In this document: positions 40,088-53,400 of the stretch, piece after piece | Layout of the letters: every line of letters begins with the position of its first letter | Numbering within the stretch: the first letter of the stretch is position 1 | From: Bugula neritina | Taxonomy: Eukaryota; Animalia; Bryozoa | DNA: 64,000 bases | Assembly: GCA_964035545.1 (NCBI GenBank) | Contig: OZ037767.1 | Coordinates: 7,760,581 to 7,824,580 of the forward strand | Reading direction: 5' to 3' | The notes under the pieces: generated by a model | What the model was told of the DNA's origin: nothing | Database searches by the model: none | What the model saw: only the letters and a program-made list of their open reading frames with translations | Program-made: the position numbers and the translations under genes

Positions 40088-43000
40088 CTACAATTAGATA
40101 ACGAATATATATGTGGTATTACTTCTGTAAACTGGTGGTATGACACCTTCTTACAGAAGTTATACCACATATACGTACTGCATCGGTTGCAACTGTAAAT
40201 TACTAAAGGTAAAAGTGAGTGATAACTATGTTTGAAACCCTTGGAGACAAGTTTTGCTGCTAAAAGCCCACTGGATATACTAATGCAGCATCGTGAAAGC
40301 AAGCAATAGTTTGTATTTTGCACACATTAAAGGTGTAAATAATGTATGTTTAGGTATGACTAAATTGTTAGAAAATATATTCTTTAAAAGTCTGGAATTG
40401 AGCTTCATGTAATACAACTAACGATATACCTTAGCACTATAACAAACCTGAAACTCCTGTAGAATGCTGTCAGGTTGATCCTGGGTTTCTCTTTGTTCAT
40501 GTGCATCAATTTTATCATTTATCTCTAAAGGAGAACATTTGAATCCTTCAACTGCCAATGACTCTGCCAGAACTTCATGCAAAAATATGTATTGATCCTA
40601 AAATAAATAATATATAGTCATTACCATAGTGAGTTTATAGTTTTTTGTCACTGTATAGTTAATCACATATGCATAGAAATTATACAATATACATCTTCAT
40701 TTTTCAGATCACATGAAATTTGTCTATTTTTGAGACTTAGAGCTTAAAAAGGATGCATTTTGTATGGGCGTGTTTCATCACTTGTGTTTAGATTAAAACA
40801 TAAAATAAAAAATGTTTTTATGCTTTTTAAAATATTATGGTAAAGTGAATTAAAGATATGATTGAAAATTTTAAAATCAAATCTCAATGCTAAAATCATA
40901 TTTTTTTTATTTGAAATTTAATTTTAAAAAAATATGTATTTTGTAGGCCTATTTCATGCACTAAAAAAGATTTCACCGTGCAGAAAAAATAAACAGGCAA
41001 AAAAAACTATCGTTAAGAAAATAATTTTAAACTAAAAGCTTTTCCAGGAAGCACACAACTTGACAAAGGAGTTTATTTGCAGCGACAATTTTGATGCTAC
41101 ACCTAATGCTCAAAAACTTGTGGTGATTTCATTTTGAATATTTCTTATTTTTAGATCTAATGACAATGGAACATTCTAACTAATATTCACATCTTTTTGA
41201 ACCATGCAGGGTCTCCTCTTTCTCATTTCTTTAACACATCCAAACACATCCACAGATTGTTCTCTCTTGGCTTGCTGAATCAAATATTCTAAAGCAATAT
41301 ACGTGCCTGTTCTGCCAACACCAGCACTACAGCATATAAAATATGAAGATATTTTAGTATACCAACTATATACCACTAATATTTAGTGAATTAAACAGTC
41401 AAATATTATATGCATGCACATATCATCATCTGTAAGCAGAAAGATACGCAGCACATAATGATATATAATCATATTTTAATTCACAAACCTGAAGCAAAAG
41501 TACTCCACGGTAACATACATGTAGATATATACAAGGTGTGGAGTTTGTGTCTACCTCTATTATATTATAAACACGCATTAGGTGATGCTTGGCTAGAAAT
41601 TTTAGCACAAAATAAAGCTTGCAACTTTTAGATTTTCAGTCATGGTTCAAGTTCACCTTTTGCCAATTTTAAATGTCCTTGTAGCAATTATTGGCAAATA
41701 GAAAAACACCAGCCTGTGCCGACCAGAAATTTGATTATAACTATTGTGAACAAACAATAAAGTTAGCATAAAACTATAAATACATAAATAAGCTCAATAA
41801 CCTGCAGTGAATAAGGAGAGGATTTGTGGTATGGGAAACGAGTGATTTGATCTTAAAGTAAAAGGCAACATAAGAAGATAGGTCATCAGGTACTCCATGA
41901 TCAGGCCATGACAGGTAGTTAAAGTGTGACAGAGTTCTTGTCTCACCTTCCTACAAATGTCAGAAAATAGCTCACATCAAAAGATGAGAATTTCAAATTA
42001 ATTTGCTACATTTAATATTTCATCACAAATTTTAAAGGTTAGGAACAGTGGTTTTAAAGTAGTTTAAAATGTTTCGTCTGAAATGTTTATAATTGTCTAT
42101 GTTGAAAGTGAATAATTATTATTGACTTTAGTTTAAAAATCTAAATTAGTTCCTATTTTTATTGTCATGTGTTGCTAGCTTAAATAAAAACACAATTTCA
42201 ACATCACAGAATGATATAACTTGTACAAATATTAATTCAAATTTTCTTACCGGTTTAATTAAACTGAAACAATTAAAAAGTGCATTAATTTGTTACTTGT
42301 TTTACATAGTTCATATCTAACAGGTAAATCTACCATGTTATTGAAAATCAATGAACACATTTTTTTTGATGTAGTAATTAGTATTGATTGTAAACAAGTC
42401 GTATCACACAGTGTTAGTGCATATATAGACATTGAGCTGTTGCTGGCACTTACCTCATTAGATTAGAAATTTGCTCTTAATTGCTCTGCTTGTAACTGCA
42501 GAGGTAATAATATAAATTGGGTCATGCTAATTTATTTCTATACCTAAATTTGATGTCGCTAGAGTACGCAACAGCATTACACTGCAATGAGCATAACATA
42601 ATTATTATATTTTAGATTTAAAATAGTGCTTATAAGACCATACCTTGGAAATACTCAGACATGTTTGTGTAAAGTCTGCCCACAACTCAACAGACTTACT
42701 ACACACAGTGATGTCTCCAAATGTCTTTGGTTGTTTGTCCAGAGGCCAGTACTGCTCGCATTTGTTCTACAATTCAAATTTCAGTAATGTTAAAAAAATG
42801 AAAATATTTTCAGTTACCAATTAAGCATTAATTCAAAATTTTAGCCAAGAAAAAAAATTATGATATGACACATGGGTTTAAAAGACTGAAGAAAAATAAT
42901 TAAGAATACACCCATGAAGTGAGTATTTTTTCTAAAACCAACCTTTCCACTTTCGACAGCTCTAGTTACCATAACTATAGCACTTGGTCTTTCTTGCCAC

Positions 43001-44389
43001 ACCATATACCAGAAGTCATTCACTGTTGCCCCAGTTGGACCTTAAATTATTGTGATATTACTAATTGTAAATGTATACTAAGCATTTGATTCCTGGCAAT
43101 ATTTTAAAATCAATAAACACTGATTAAATGAAAAAGTTCAAATTTGAATATTTGTTTATCAGTTATTGGTAATTGAGGTTGGCTAGATTTTTTTTGTGTG
43201 AGTTGATCAGCAAAGACATGATTAACAGACTCAATAGAAACGAAAAATTCTACATATAGTGCCTGTTTTCATGTCAAATGAAATTATTATCATCCTTCAA
43301 TAATCATCAATTACATATATATGATGTTAAAATACCAACTATGAGCTGCAATAAAATCATTTATTTATCGATACCGATAAAACACTTTTCTCTGGTTTTA
43401 TTTTATTTATCATCCACTATTTAAGCTTTTCTTTAAATACTATATCTAAATTTAACTAAGTAAAACAAAAAATTTTGTAAACAAAATCATAATGCCTTAT
43501 AAGCAAAAAGTCAAAAGTTTCACAGTCCCGTAAAATCATGTATACATATAATACATACCACCCCATATTATTCTAGCTAAGCTTACCTTGTGCTGCAATA
43601 TATGCGTTTTCTTTGCCGTAACCCTAAAAACATAAAAAAATGAAATTGAAACATTAGTTTGGCAAAAAAACCTATAAATCATTAAATGATTTCGTTATAA
43701 ACAGTGTAATGCACATAGGTATTTTATTGCCAATCTACAGCTAGTATTTTCGTCAGTTGAATTATTATTAAAATTAAAAAATGTTCTGACATTTACACAG
43801 TTTATGTAAACATAGAGTTACTGTTTCTTGATGTGTTAGCTGATCAATTGATAGTTTGTTTTGAAAAAATAGTCACTTCCTGTGTGACAATTTTTAGTGC
43901 TTGACTGACAATAATTTACAGGTGATAACCAAGTCAATGATAATCACTAAGTAAATAGACACCAATAAAATAAAACAGGGAGTTGTTTATTTATACTGCA
44001 GTACGTTGTATTAAAGCAAAAATACTAATCTTATTCAGCAGAAAATACCAAATCAATTTATAAACCAACTTAGAAACAGTTTTAATTAAAGCTCAATTAA
44101 ACTGAAAATGTGCAGTATTGTAGATTGCCATGCATATTTAATCCTGCATTGTGCATGCAAGACTCTAATTTCCAAACTTTCGGTTAGCAAACATATTTTC
44201 TAACAAGCTACTTTGCTAAAAATTTGCAGCCCGAGTATGAAATAGCATGAAATGTACTGCTATAAGAACACAACTATTAAATCTTACTGCAATAAAAGAA
44301 GCATTTATGAAATCATTTCCTTCCCCTTCTCTTCTCAGCACAACTCTGTGATCGTCAGCTGAAAAAAAAAGAGTATATATATTAACATA

Positions 44390-44473
<84 letters not shown>

Positions 44474-47400
44474 TCTATTTATCTATATATTTATATTTAT
44501 ATATAATATATTATCAATCTGTGGACAGCAGCTGTTTTGGGATTTGTCCCCTCATCAGCACAGAACAGAGTACCATGCATGGCCCACACCTTCGCAATAG
44601 TAGAAACTTATAGTTTTACTAAAGCATATTTAAAAGTTTCATATTTCATTTTTGGAGAAAGACAAGATCTATATCACAATTTCTTCAAAAATATATATAA
44701 GTGCACTTTGTTTGAGAATATTTTAGCATCTACGCTAAAATTACTATTTTGACTCAAAATTGTCATAAAAACACTAAAGTCAAATAAATTTTTGAAAGGT
44801 TCTTGTAAGAAACATAATTTTTTATACAGTAAAAGACTTCGGGTAGAAATTTATTGCCACAGCAATAATTTAATTATAGTCAGGTAACATTTTAAAAATT
44901 GATAAACAAGCTAGGTTAAAATTTTTATTGGCCTGATTGATGAATTTTGAACAACCATCTTTTCAACATCAACTCCTTCTTGCTTAAATTTATGCAAGCA
45001 ATATAATGAAACATGATTATATTTTTCTTATTGTATTATAATATTATAGTACAATAAGAAGAACCTAGTTTTTAATTGCTCAGAATGTCCTTTTATTTGT
45101 AATTTTTTTCCAGGGAAGTAATTATTTGGCTGTTGAACTACTTTTATACCAAAGCTAAAACATTTTTTTACAAAGCTAGATCAATCAGCCTTAATTCTAA
45201 ATGAGGCTAATATGCAATGTACAGCAAGAGTTTTACTTGGTTAATGTATGACATATAATAATTTGCATCATATATTATGACGTTCAATAACCGCTCAGCA
45301 AAATGTCTTAACAGTTATTCAGTTTCTACTGGTTCACTTACCATTCAAAGTTTAATCAAAACAAGTTTGTTCATCAACAGTTTTGAATTGTGTCATAGCC
45401 TGCCACTCTAATTATATCACATATTTCTAGTAGCTGCTTTCAACATCGTATGAATAATATTTACCAGGATAAAGTAGCTTGTATCTACACTTCCCTCTAT
45501 TGTGAGGCATTAAAGCAACTTCCATTTTCGGTTTTGGTAATGCTTCCAATTTCTGCAATTTATAATGTAGGCCTAATCATATCTTAATTGATTGTACATC
45601 AAGTTTAAACAGCATGCATTAAAATACAATATCATAGTATGATTTGTCAAAGTTTTTTCTATAAGAAATTAAGCAATAACAAAAGGAAATTGTGAATCTA
45701 GAATAAACTTACAATTTGAAATTTACTGCAAAAAAATTGGACAAGAATTAAGTCGGCAATAACCTTAGCACAGTTTTGTTTATTTGCAAGTGACTGCGAT
45801 TAAATTAAATAATTCACTTATAATTTATTTACATGCATAAATGTAGTCTTTATGCACAAATGACAAGAAATATAGTTCAACCATGCAGTTGTTTGTTTTT
45901 TTTCAAAAGTTTTTAGTTTGTAAACTTTGACATTGTGTTCTTTAAACTATTTAAAAAATTAAATTTGTGTACCTATAAATATATATGATTACTTTAAAAA
46001 GAGTGAAGTGTTAAATGTTACCAGAATACTAGCAAAATAAAGCAGGTGAAAACAGAAAAAACAAAGGCAGAACTAAATATAAAAACTCTAGAAAACTTCA
46101 CTTTTGCCATCAATAAAATAAACAACAACTTTATATTGTAATTAAAATATGAATATTTACTAATTCAGACGTTACGATAACATACACTTCAGTAAAAATA
46201 ATCACCTACCTCAAACTGTGTTTTCATCAAGCCAACATTGTTAATAATGAAAGTTCTAAGTTCTGTCACAGGAATTTTGGTAACATCAGGTGGTAAGAGC
46301 TCATCTACATTTTCATATTCAGCTCCTTTGGAATATAATATAATCATACAATTTTAAAAACAGGCAAACTTAGAGCTACAAGAAGAGCTAAAAAGAAATA
46401 TTTATCTTGAATAAAATAATATACTTTTGGACATACTATATATACAATCAAATATATTGCTATAACAAACTTGAAAGTAATAATTAGCCTGACGCAGAAC
46501 ATTTGAAGTGTATACTACCATCTACCTGAAATTAGTTTCAAATAAAATATACTGCAGTAGAGTGCATCACCAAACTTTGAGCAAGCTATAGATTTAAACT
46601 TGTAGTAGCTTTTTTCAATAAATATAATGTTGCTTATTTAGAGCATTGGCTGTGTTAAAGTGACTAAGAGTTTATAGAAAATTTATAATATTATAATTAG
46701 GCTTTGCAAGGAAATACTGGTTCTAAGCAATTGAATACTTAAAATAAATTGGCTGCAGTGTCAACTAACGTTTTGAAAGTGCTCATAAAACAATCTACAA
46801 AAACTGCTCTTTAAATTTTGAAAGATAGAAATTGTTATTATACATGCCCTGTAAAAACAGCTATATAACTCATCATTCTGATAAAATTAGTTTGTAATTT
46901 GAATAGTTCTAAAACTTGCATAAATCTAACAAAACAATACATTAGTTAAGCTCACTAGGCGAAAATGCCATTAACACAGATCGAGATCCATTAAAAAGTA
47001 ACTGCAGTGAACTAGGCTGTGATTTGGGCAATGAATCATAATATAACTGATGTCCTTAATTATATTATTATTCTAAGATAACACTGATTGACATCATTTG
47101 ACACCGGGTGATATCGTCAAGATTATTTTTTCTCTTCTAAAATTACAACTATAAGTTCACTAGCACCAACTATTGCAAAGTCCCAGAGGTCATGTAATTG
47201 GCACTGACTGTGCTGTAGAAAGCTTTTTTGTAAGTTTTTAATATAGCACATAATTTCACTACACTAACATTGCAACTTATGCAAAAAAGCATAGCCACAA
47301 GGTTAAGAATTTCAGCAAGTCTATGATATCTGGTTATTACCTGAGTTCACATTTTATAGTTGAATGCTAAACAATAAAATCAGTTTTGAACAAAATAAGT

Positions 47401-50400
47401 CAATGCCATACCAGAATTATCCCCTCTGGATACAGAGGAATTTGCACTTTCCGTTAGTTGAAGGTTGGTCAGCTCATTGTCACTGCTATTGTCTTTTTTC
47501 TTGCCAAAAAATGTTTTTCTGTTGTAAGAAATGTAGAAAATAATTGAGAAATACATTGTTGTCTGAGCTACCATTATTCAGTGTACTATAAACAAAAAAG
47601 ATGTGATGTATCATACAAAAATTTTTCAGAATTGGCAACTTACACATAAAGCAAACAAAGAAAAATCATACAATAATATGCATATTTGTCTTTATAGTTT
47701 GGCAGGTTTTATTTTGAAGCACTCCCGATCTCACTTAGCCTAAGGCCACACTGTGCGTATTTACGCATGCAAAAATTGAAATCACAAGTAGCAAAGGTGT
47801 CCACTGTGCGAGTTGAGAAAACATTCGCACTTGTCGCTCTGCATTTTCAACGCAAGTGCGAATCGTCTCTGTCGTCGTCACCTAATTGGCTGGTAGTTAT
47901 TTAGCGAGCCCAATTTCTTTATTTTAGTGCTATACATTCCAGTAAGTTGCGTTTTATTAAAAGCGAGTGCGATTTAAAAATGAAAGCTTTATTTATCACG
48001 CATCACTGACGCTACAGTGGACACCTTTGCTACTTGTGGTTTCAGTTTTCGCATGCGAAAATACGCACCGTGTGGCCCTAGGCTTAAAGTCACTTCTGTT
48101 TGTTTAAACTCTCAATGTTTTTGGAAACCCTTAATGATGAAAGTATTTTAGTGAGCATAAGTTTGTGTATATCTCGACACAGTTGCAATTATGACTAAAT
48201 GACCTCTCCGCCAGCATTTAAATTTTTCAATTATTGCAAACTATGTAATATAAAAAATGTTATTGCAATAACGTTTTAGCATTTTTGGTGGCCAACAATG
48301 GAACTATAATTGCAGCAACCATGCTACCCAGCAAAAACTAGCACTACCAGAAGAGAGTCTGTTATATGTTGTAGCAGAACCTATGTGGCAAACAGATTAG
48401 CTTTTAGTTAAAAAAAAGTTGACAGTCTTAGCCAGTTGAGGTAGTTGAAAAGTTAATTGGCCTTTTTTTATAAAAAAATAATATCATGGTAGCACTGAAA
48501 TGTCTCAACACAGAAACGCAATAACAATTTTGCAAACTTTGGGAAACAATATTGACTTATAGACAGAAAATGTTGACTGTTTGCTTATAAGGCACCCTTG
48601 CGTCTAATAGAATGTTTACTTTTTATGTATAGTTGCACTGCTATATACTTTAAGAACAAAGTTTGCGTTAAAAAAGTAGATGTTTTCATTGTATTGAGCT
48701 ATTAAACATCTTAGGAAACTCAAACACAGCAAAAACTGAACCCTCCAAATATATCACATACATAGAAAATGGCACAGCTGATAATATGTTGAAGAATTGT
48801 CCACCTTAATTAAAGTTAAAATTGTACATTTATATGAGTGCTATTTATTAGTAAAAGTTTTAAACCTTTATCTGCTAACAAAACTTTTTTTGAAAACCTC
48901 TAAATTTAATCATTATTTCAACTCCGTTCATTCTAATAGTTCATTCTCGGAAACTTTCTTGCAGTATCAATGTTTACCATTCACTACTCAATATATAATT
49001 AAATGTAACCCAAAATATTATTTAGAAGGTGTTGTGTTAGAGAAAAATTTTATATGCGGTCTTGTTTATTAAAACTAATGATAGCAGCAATATTATTAGC
49101 AACTTGTGTTTTATGCAGTAGTTACATATTTAGGGTGTGTCAGTAACATGGGATGATGGAGCAATGATATATAGTAGTCAAGTTTATAGCTACTTATAGT
49201 AGTTTAGCAATGAGTTTTATAGCTTAGATGAGTAAAAATGTCATGAATTAATTTACCTTTTTATTACCACTATGACAACAACAGCTGCTACAATAACAGC
49301 CACCACTCCACCTATAGCTCCACCAATGAGTCCAGGCTTGGGTGGTTTTAAAGTAGTTGATGGGGAAATAGTCACAGGTAATGGCCCAGGGGCTAAAAAA
49401 GTGGGTATTAGCTGTACATTTTTCCCATTTGTACATTACAATAAGAACACACAAAAAGAGCTCAAATGACTAAGAAATTAAGACAATTGCCAGTTGGAAA
49501 AGCTGATAAAAGTAAATGTAGTTTTAGAAGAACTTTGTAATTTTGCATACTCATGTGTATAAACCTCAGAACAAAGATATTTATTTCACTATAGAATAAT
49601 GTGGCTTTTATGAAATAATGTTGTGACAAAATTAAAAAATTAGGATTTGTAGCATTTTGTTTTGCCTTGAATAAAAATGTTATTTATTATTGCTGAGCTG
49701 AGCTTGTAAAGTCGTAATTGGTATATTTATATAAAAAAGATATTTACAATATTTGTTATATTGTTTTAATTGTAGTTGAATAGAATATAGTGTAGTACTA
49801 ACTGAGGAATTCAGTAACAGTAGTTGCTGGTGAACTGGCTGGACTTGGTGCATATACTGAACCAGCTTGAGCTGTGCATTTTATCACAGAAGCAGACGTT
49901 AGATTACATATAGAAGTATTTTCTTCACCCTGATTGGTTGATGTAAAGTTTACTAATGGTATGACACCAGGTGTGTTGTAGTTACAATCAACCTAAAATA
50001 GAACGCATTTTTTTTGTTATTAGACTCTGCATTCTTTACAAAATAATTATGCATTGATCACTTCATGATTTTTATCTACATTAATAAACTAGCTATATAC
50101 AACTGGCTGACCCATCAATGCAGTTTCAGGATAATAAGCAATCTTGTATGCAGTTTTGGAAATATCTTGAAATAGATTACTGCCAGAGAAAAGTCATAGC
50201 ACTAATCACTGTTTGTAGTAATTGTAGTTGAACTCACCAAATAATAAGTAATTACTCCTGTGTATTCTCCAGGTTTGTTTAGAGATACATTTATGCAGTT
50301 TTCTCCTGATGATTCCAAAGCAATACTGGGTGGAGTTGTTGGTTCTACAGTAAATTACAAAATATTGGAAAGTATGCATGTAATCTATCATATATTAGAG

Positions 50401-53400
50401 TAAAAACATATTTTCGATACAAGTGAATAAATTGAATGTTAGTTTCTGAATATATTCCTGCTAGAATTGATGGTGAATTTTAACTGTTTGGTAAACTTCT
50501 TAAAAACTGATAATATAATTGTGAATTAAAAAAAAAGTTCCTACCAATATTTCCAGTCAAAACTGTCAGTTCTTTGGTTGTAGTTTTGTTTTGCTCATTT
50601 CTAGCCTCCACCTCAAACTGGTAGCTGGTGTTGGCCATCAGATTAGAGAAAACATTTTGTTTACTGAACCCTGACTGAGGAGAACTTTTCATCCTGAAAC
50701 TCAATTCTGTTGTATCATTTGGCCCACACCAACTCAGGAGGGTCTATTAGAAAGTCACAAAACATTGCATAAAGAGTAGAAAGACATAAGAGACAACTGA
50801 CGTTTAGCATGGTTTTTATTGCCAAAATGACATTATAGAGATTATAATATTATGCTATGTACAAATCCATGAATGAGAATACCTGGTTTTTAATAATTGC
50901 AACTTTCCGGTAACTTTTCCAGTTATCTTGATAAACATACTCATCTATGTAATCTATTTTTCCTACAAACTCTGGTGCTGAAAGAGAAATGTCACTGAAC
51001 ACATGAGAAAATGTTGTGATACACTTGAAGGTTCAACCTGTAGACTTATGGTACATTTTTATTGCTCCTTTTTATAAAATTGTTGTGTAAGCTTAGTGTT
51101 AAAAGAACACATGTAAAATTAATATAACATCCCACATACGGTGTCTAGTAACAATGGCACCGGTAAAAATTATGACACAAGTAAAAATGGCACAAAGCAT
51201 AGTAAAGTATATAAGTACAATGACACATTTTCAAAATATGGGCTTAGGATAAGATTGGGTGTTTGGAATAGGAGTTTAAATTAAAGATTGGGGGTTTGAG
51301 TTTGGAATTGAAGTTTAAGGGCTGAGGGTTTGAGTTTAGGGTTTGAAAAAATTCAACACTTGTGTGCCATGTCTTCTTATAATACTTTTATTTTCTATCA
51401 TAATATCTTATTTACTTCTTCCTGCTATTATTACCTGTGCCACGTTTACCTAAAATCCATATATGCATCTATAACAGATAACAAACAGCATACCTGTACA
51501 CTGCTTAGTCATTACATGCAGAGAGATAAAAGGTCCAGGGCAGGTATCAGAATTTCCTGTAGATTGAGACACTAGAAATCTGTAAAATGTTCCTGGATTC
51601 AACTGAGTGGCAGTAAAATTCACTCTACCATCTTTCATCTCAACATTCAGATTTATTTCACCAGTCAAACTGACTTCATACCTGTATATTATAAGAAAAT
51701 ACAAAGTAGTTACTGTTATGCATACATTTGCTTTATTTTTGATGACAAACAGATAATAGTTAATATTATGGTATCAGCATTTGTTAGATGTTGATAGAAA
51801 CATGCCGTTTCTCAAGTCACATACTTACTGTAAGTCAGTATAATTAAAGTCAGGAGCACAATTAGAAATCCAGGGTTGGGATTCACGATTCCATTGACTG
51901 AAAGATGCTGTCAGAGAAGTATAATCTGAATGTACTATGTCAGCATTCTCTTCTACACTGAATGTTGGGATATGATCTACAATATTTCACTAAGTGACTA
52001 GTTATAAAGTGGTTTGAATACGTGACTTGACCAAGAATTATCTCAGCTTTGTATTAACTTTTATAAAACAAGAACATATTTTACTTGAGTAATATAATAT
52101 TAGGAATGTATAAGCAAATAAACCGATATAAAGTTTTGTACATTTAAAAGTTCGAGGCTTTTTAATATTATAAACCCAATAAAAAATGGTTTTAAGATCA
52201 CACAAATAACATTTTGTAATATTGATCATTTTTTAATGAATGTTGTAATCGTTTAGCAGAAAATGCTCAGGGTGAGTCCTGGAATATTGAATAACATTTA
52301 ATTGTCAGATTGCTAGTTAGGCTGTGGGTGAGTACAGCTGTTTCCATCAGATGCAAACCACATTTGAAAACTATTTTGTGTTAATTAGGGCTATTAAATG
52401 AATTAAAAAACCGATATAGAGATTCTATGCAATAAAAATGTTATAATAATAAGCTAAATACAATAGACTCTGCTCACCATAGCCATATATTTCAACTTCT
52501 CTGAATGCTACTCCTTCATTGTTATCAGTGAGTATGGCAAACTGTTGTATGTATGGAGATACATTCAGTGCACATAATACATTAAACATAACTCCTTGAG
52601 AATCTTTAACATATCTACATATCTTCCAATTGTTGTTTGACCCATGGTTTGGTGGTTCGTTTACATCATGTGGCTCTGAGTCAATCAGGTAATACATCTG
52701 CTTTAGTCTGTCAGCTATAAAACATGATTAAAATAATTATAAAACAAGTTAGTGACTGAAAAATTTAACCAATAAAATTGTTGTTCATGGCTTAAATTCA
52801 TACTCATTGTTCAAATACACAGCGCTTTATAGTAATGAATATTATCATATTCAGAAAATTTCATTGTGTTCACATTGAAAGTAGTCACAGGTAGCAATGA
52901 TTTAATGTTATTCTAATCTCCTTTAAATAAAGCTTTTTATGCTATATTGCTTTTATTCTAATCTAATTTGTCACCAACAGTAGTCGGTTACTCAACTAAC
53001 TGATAAAGGCTATTTTTATTATGAATATTTGTCATAGTATTCAAAAAAAGTTAATTTCACAAGCTAAGTGAATTTTCACAAACTACAAATGAGCACTGTC
53101 AAACTTACATTAGCAACAGTGAGGAGAATACATTAAAGTTTTCACATTATTGAGATTTGGAGCTATACACCCGATTTTTAGAGCTCAGATTTTTTCATAA
53201 ATATTGCAATAATTTTTCATCTTCCTCATATATATATTTTTTATACTGTTTTTGTATTAGCCATATGTAGTCGTTAATTAAAGGTTTTGCAATGAAACTG
53301 GACAGATCAGTAATTGAAATACTTAATGTATTTAACTAATTCAAAACCTTCTACTTGGCATTTTATTAGGATTGACAGTGACATACAGAATTATACACAA

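Noticed and set aside
46489-46525. Extra small juxtamembrane exon in gene B
   Set aside because: One acceptor gives an in-frame TAG, and the other needs a weak GC donor. The model is in frame without it.
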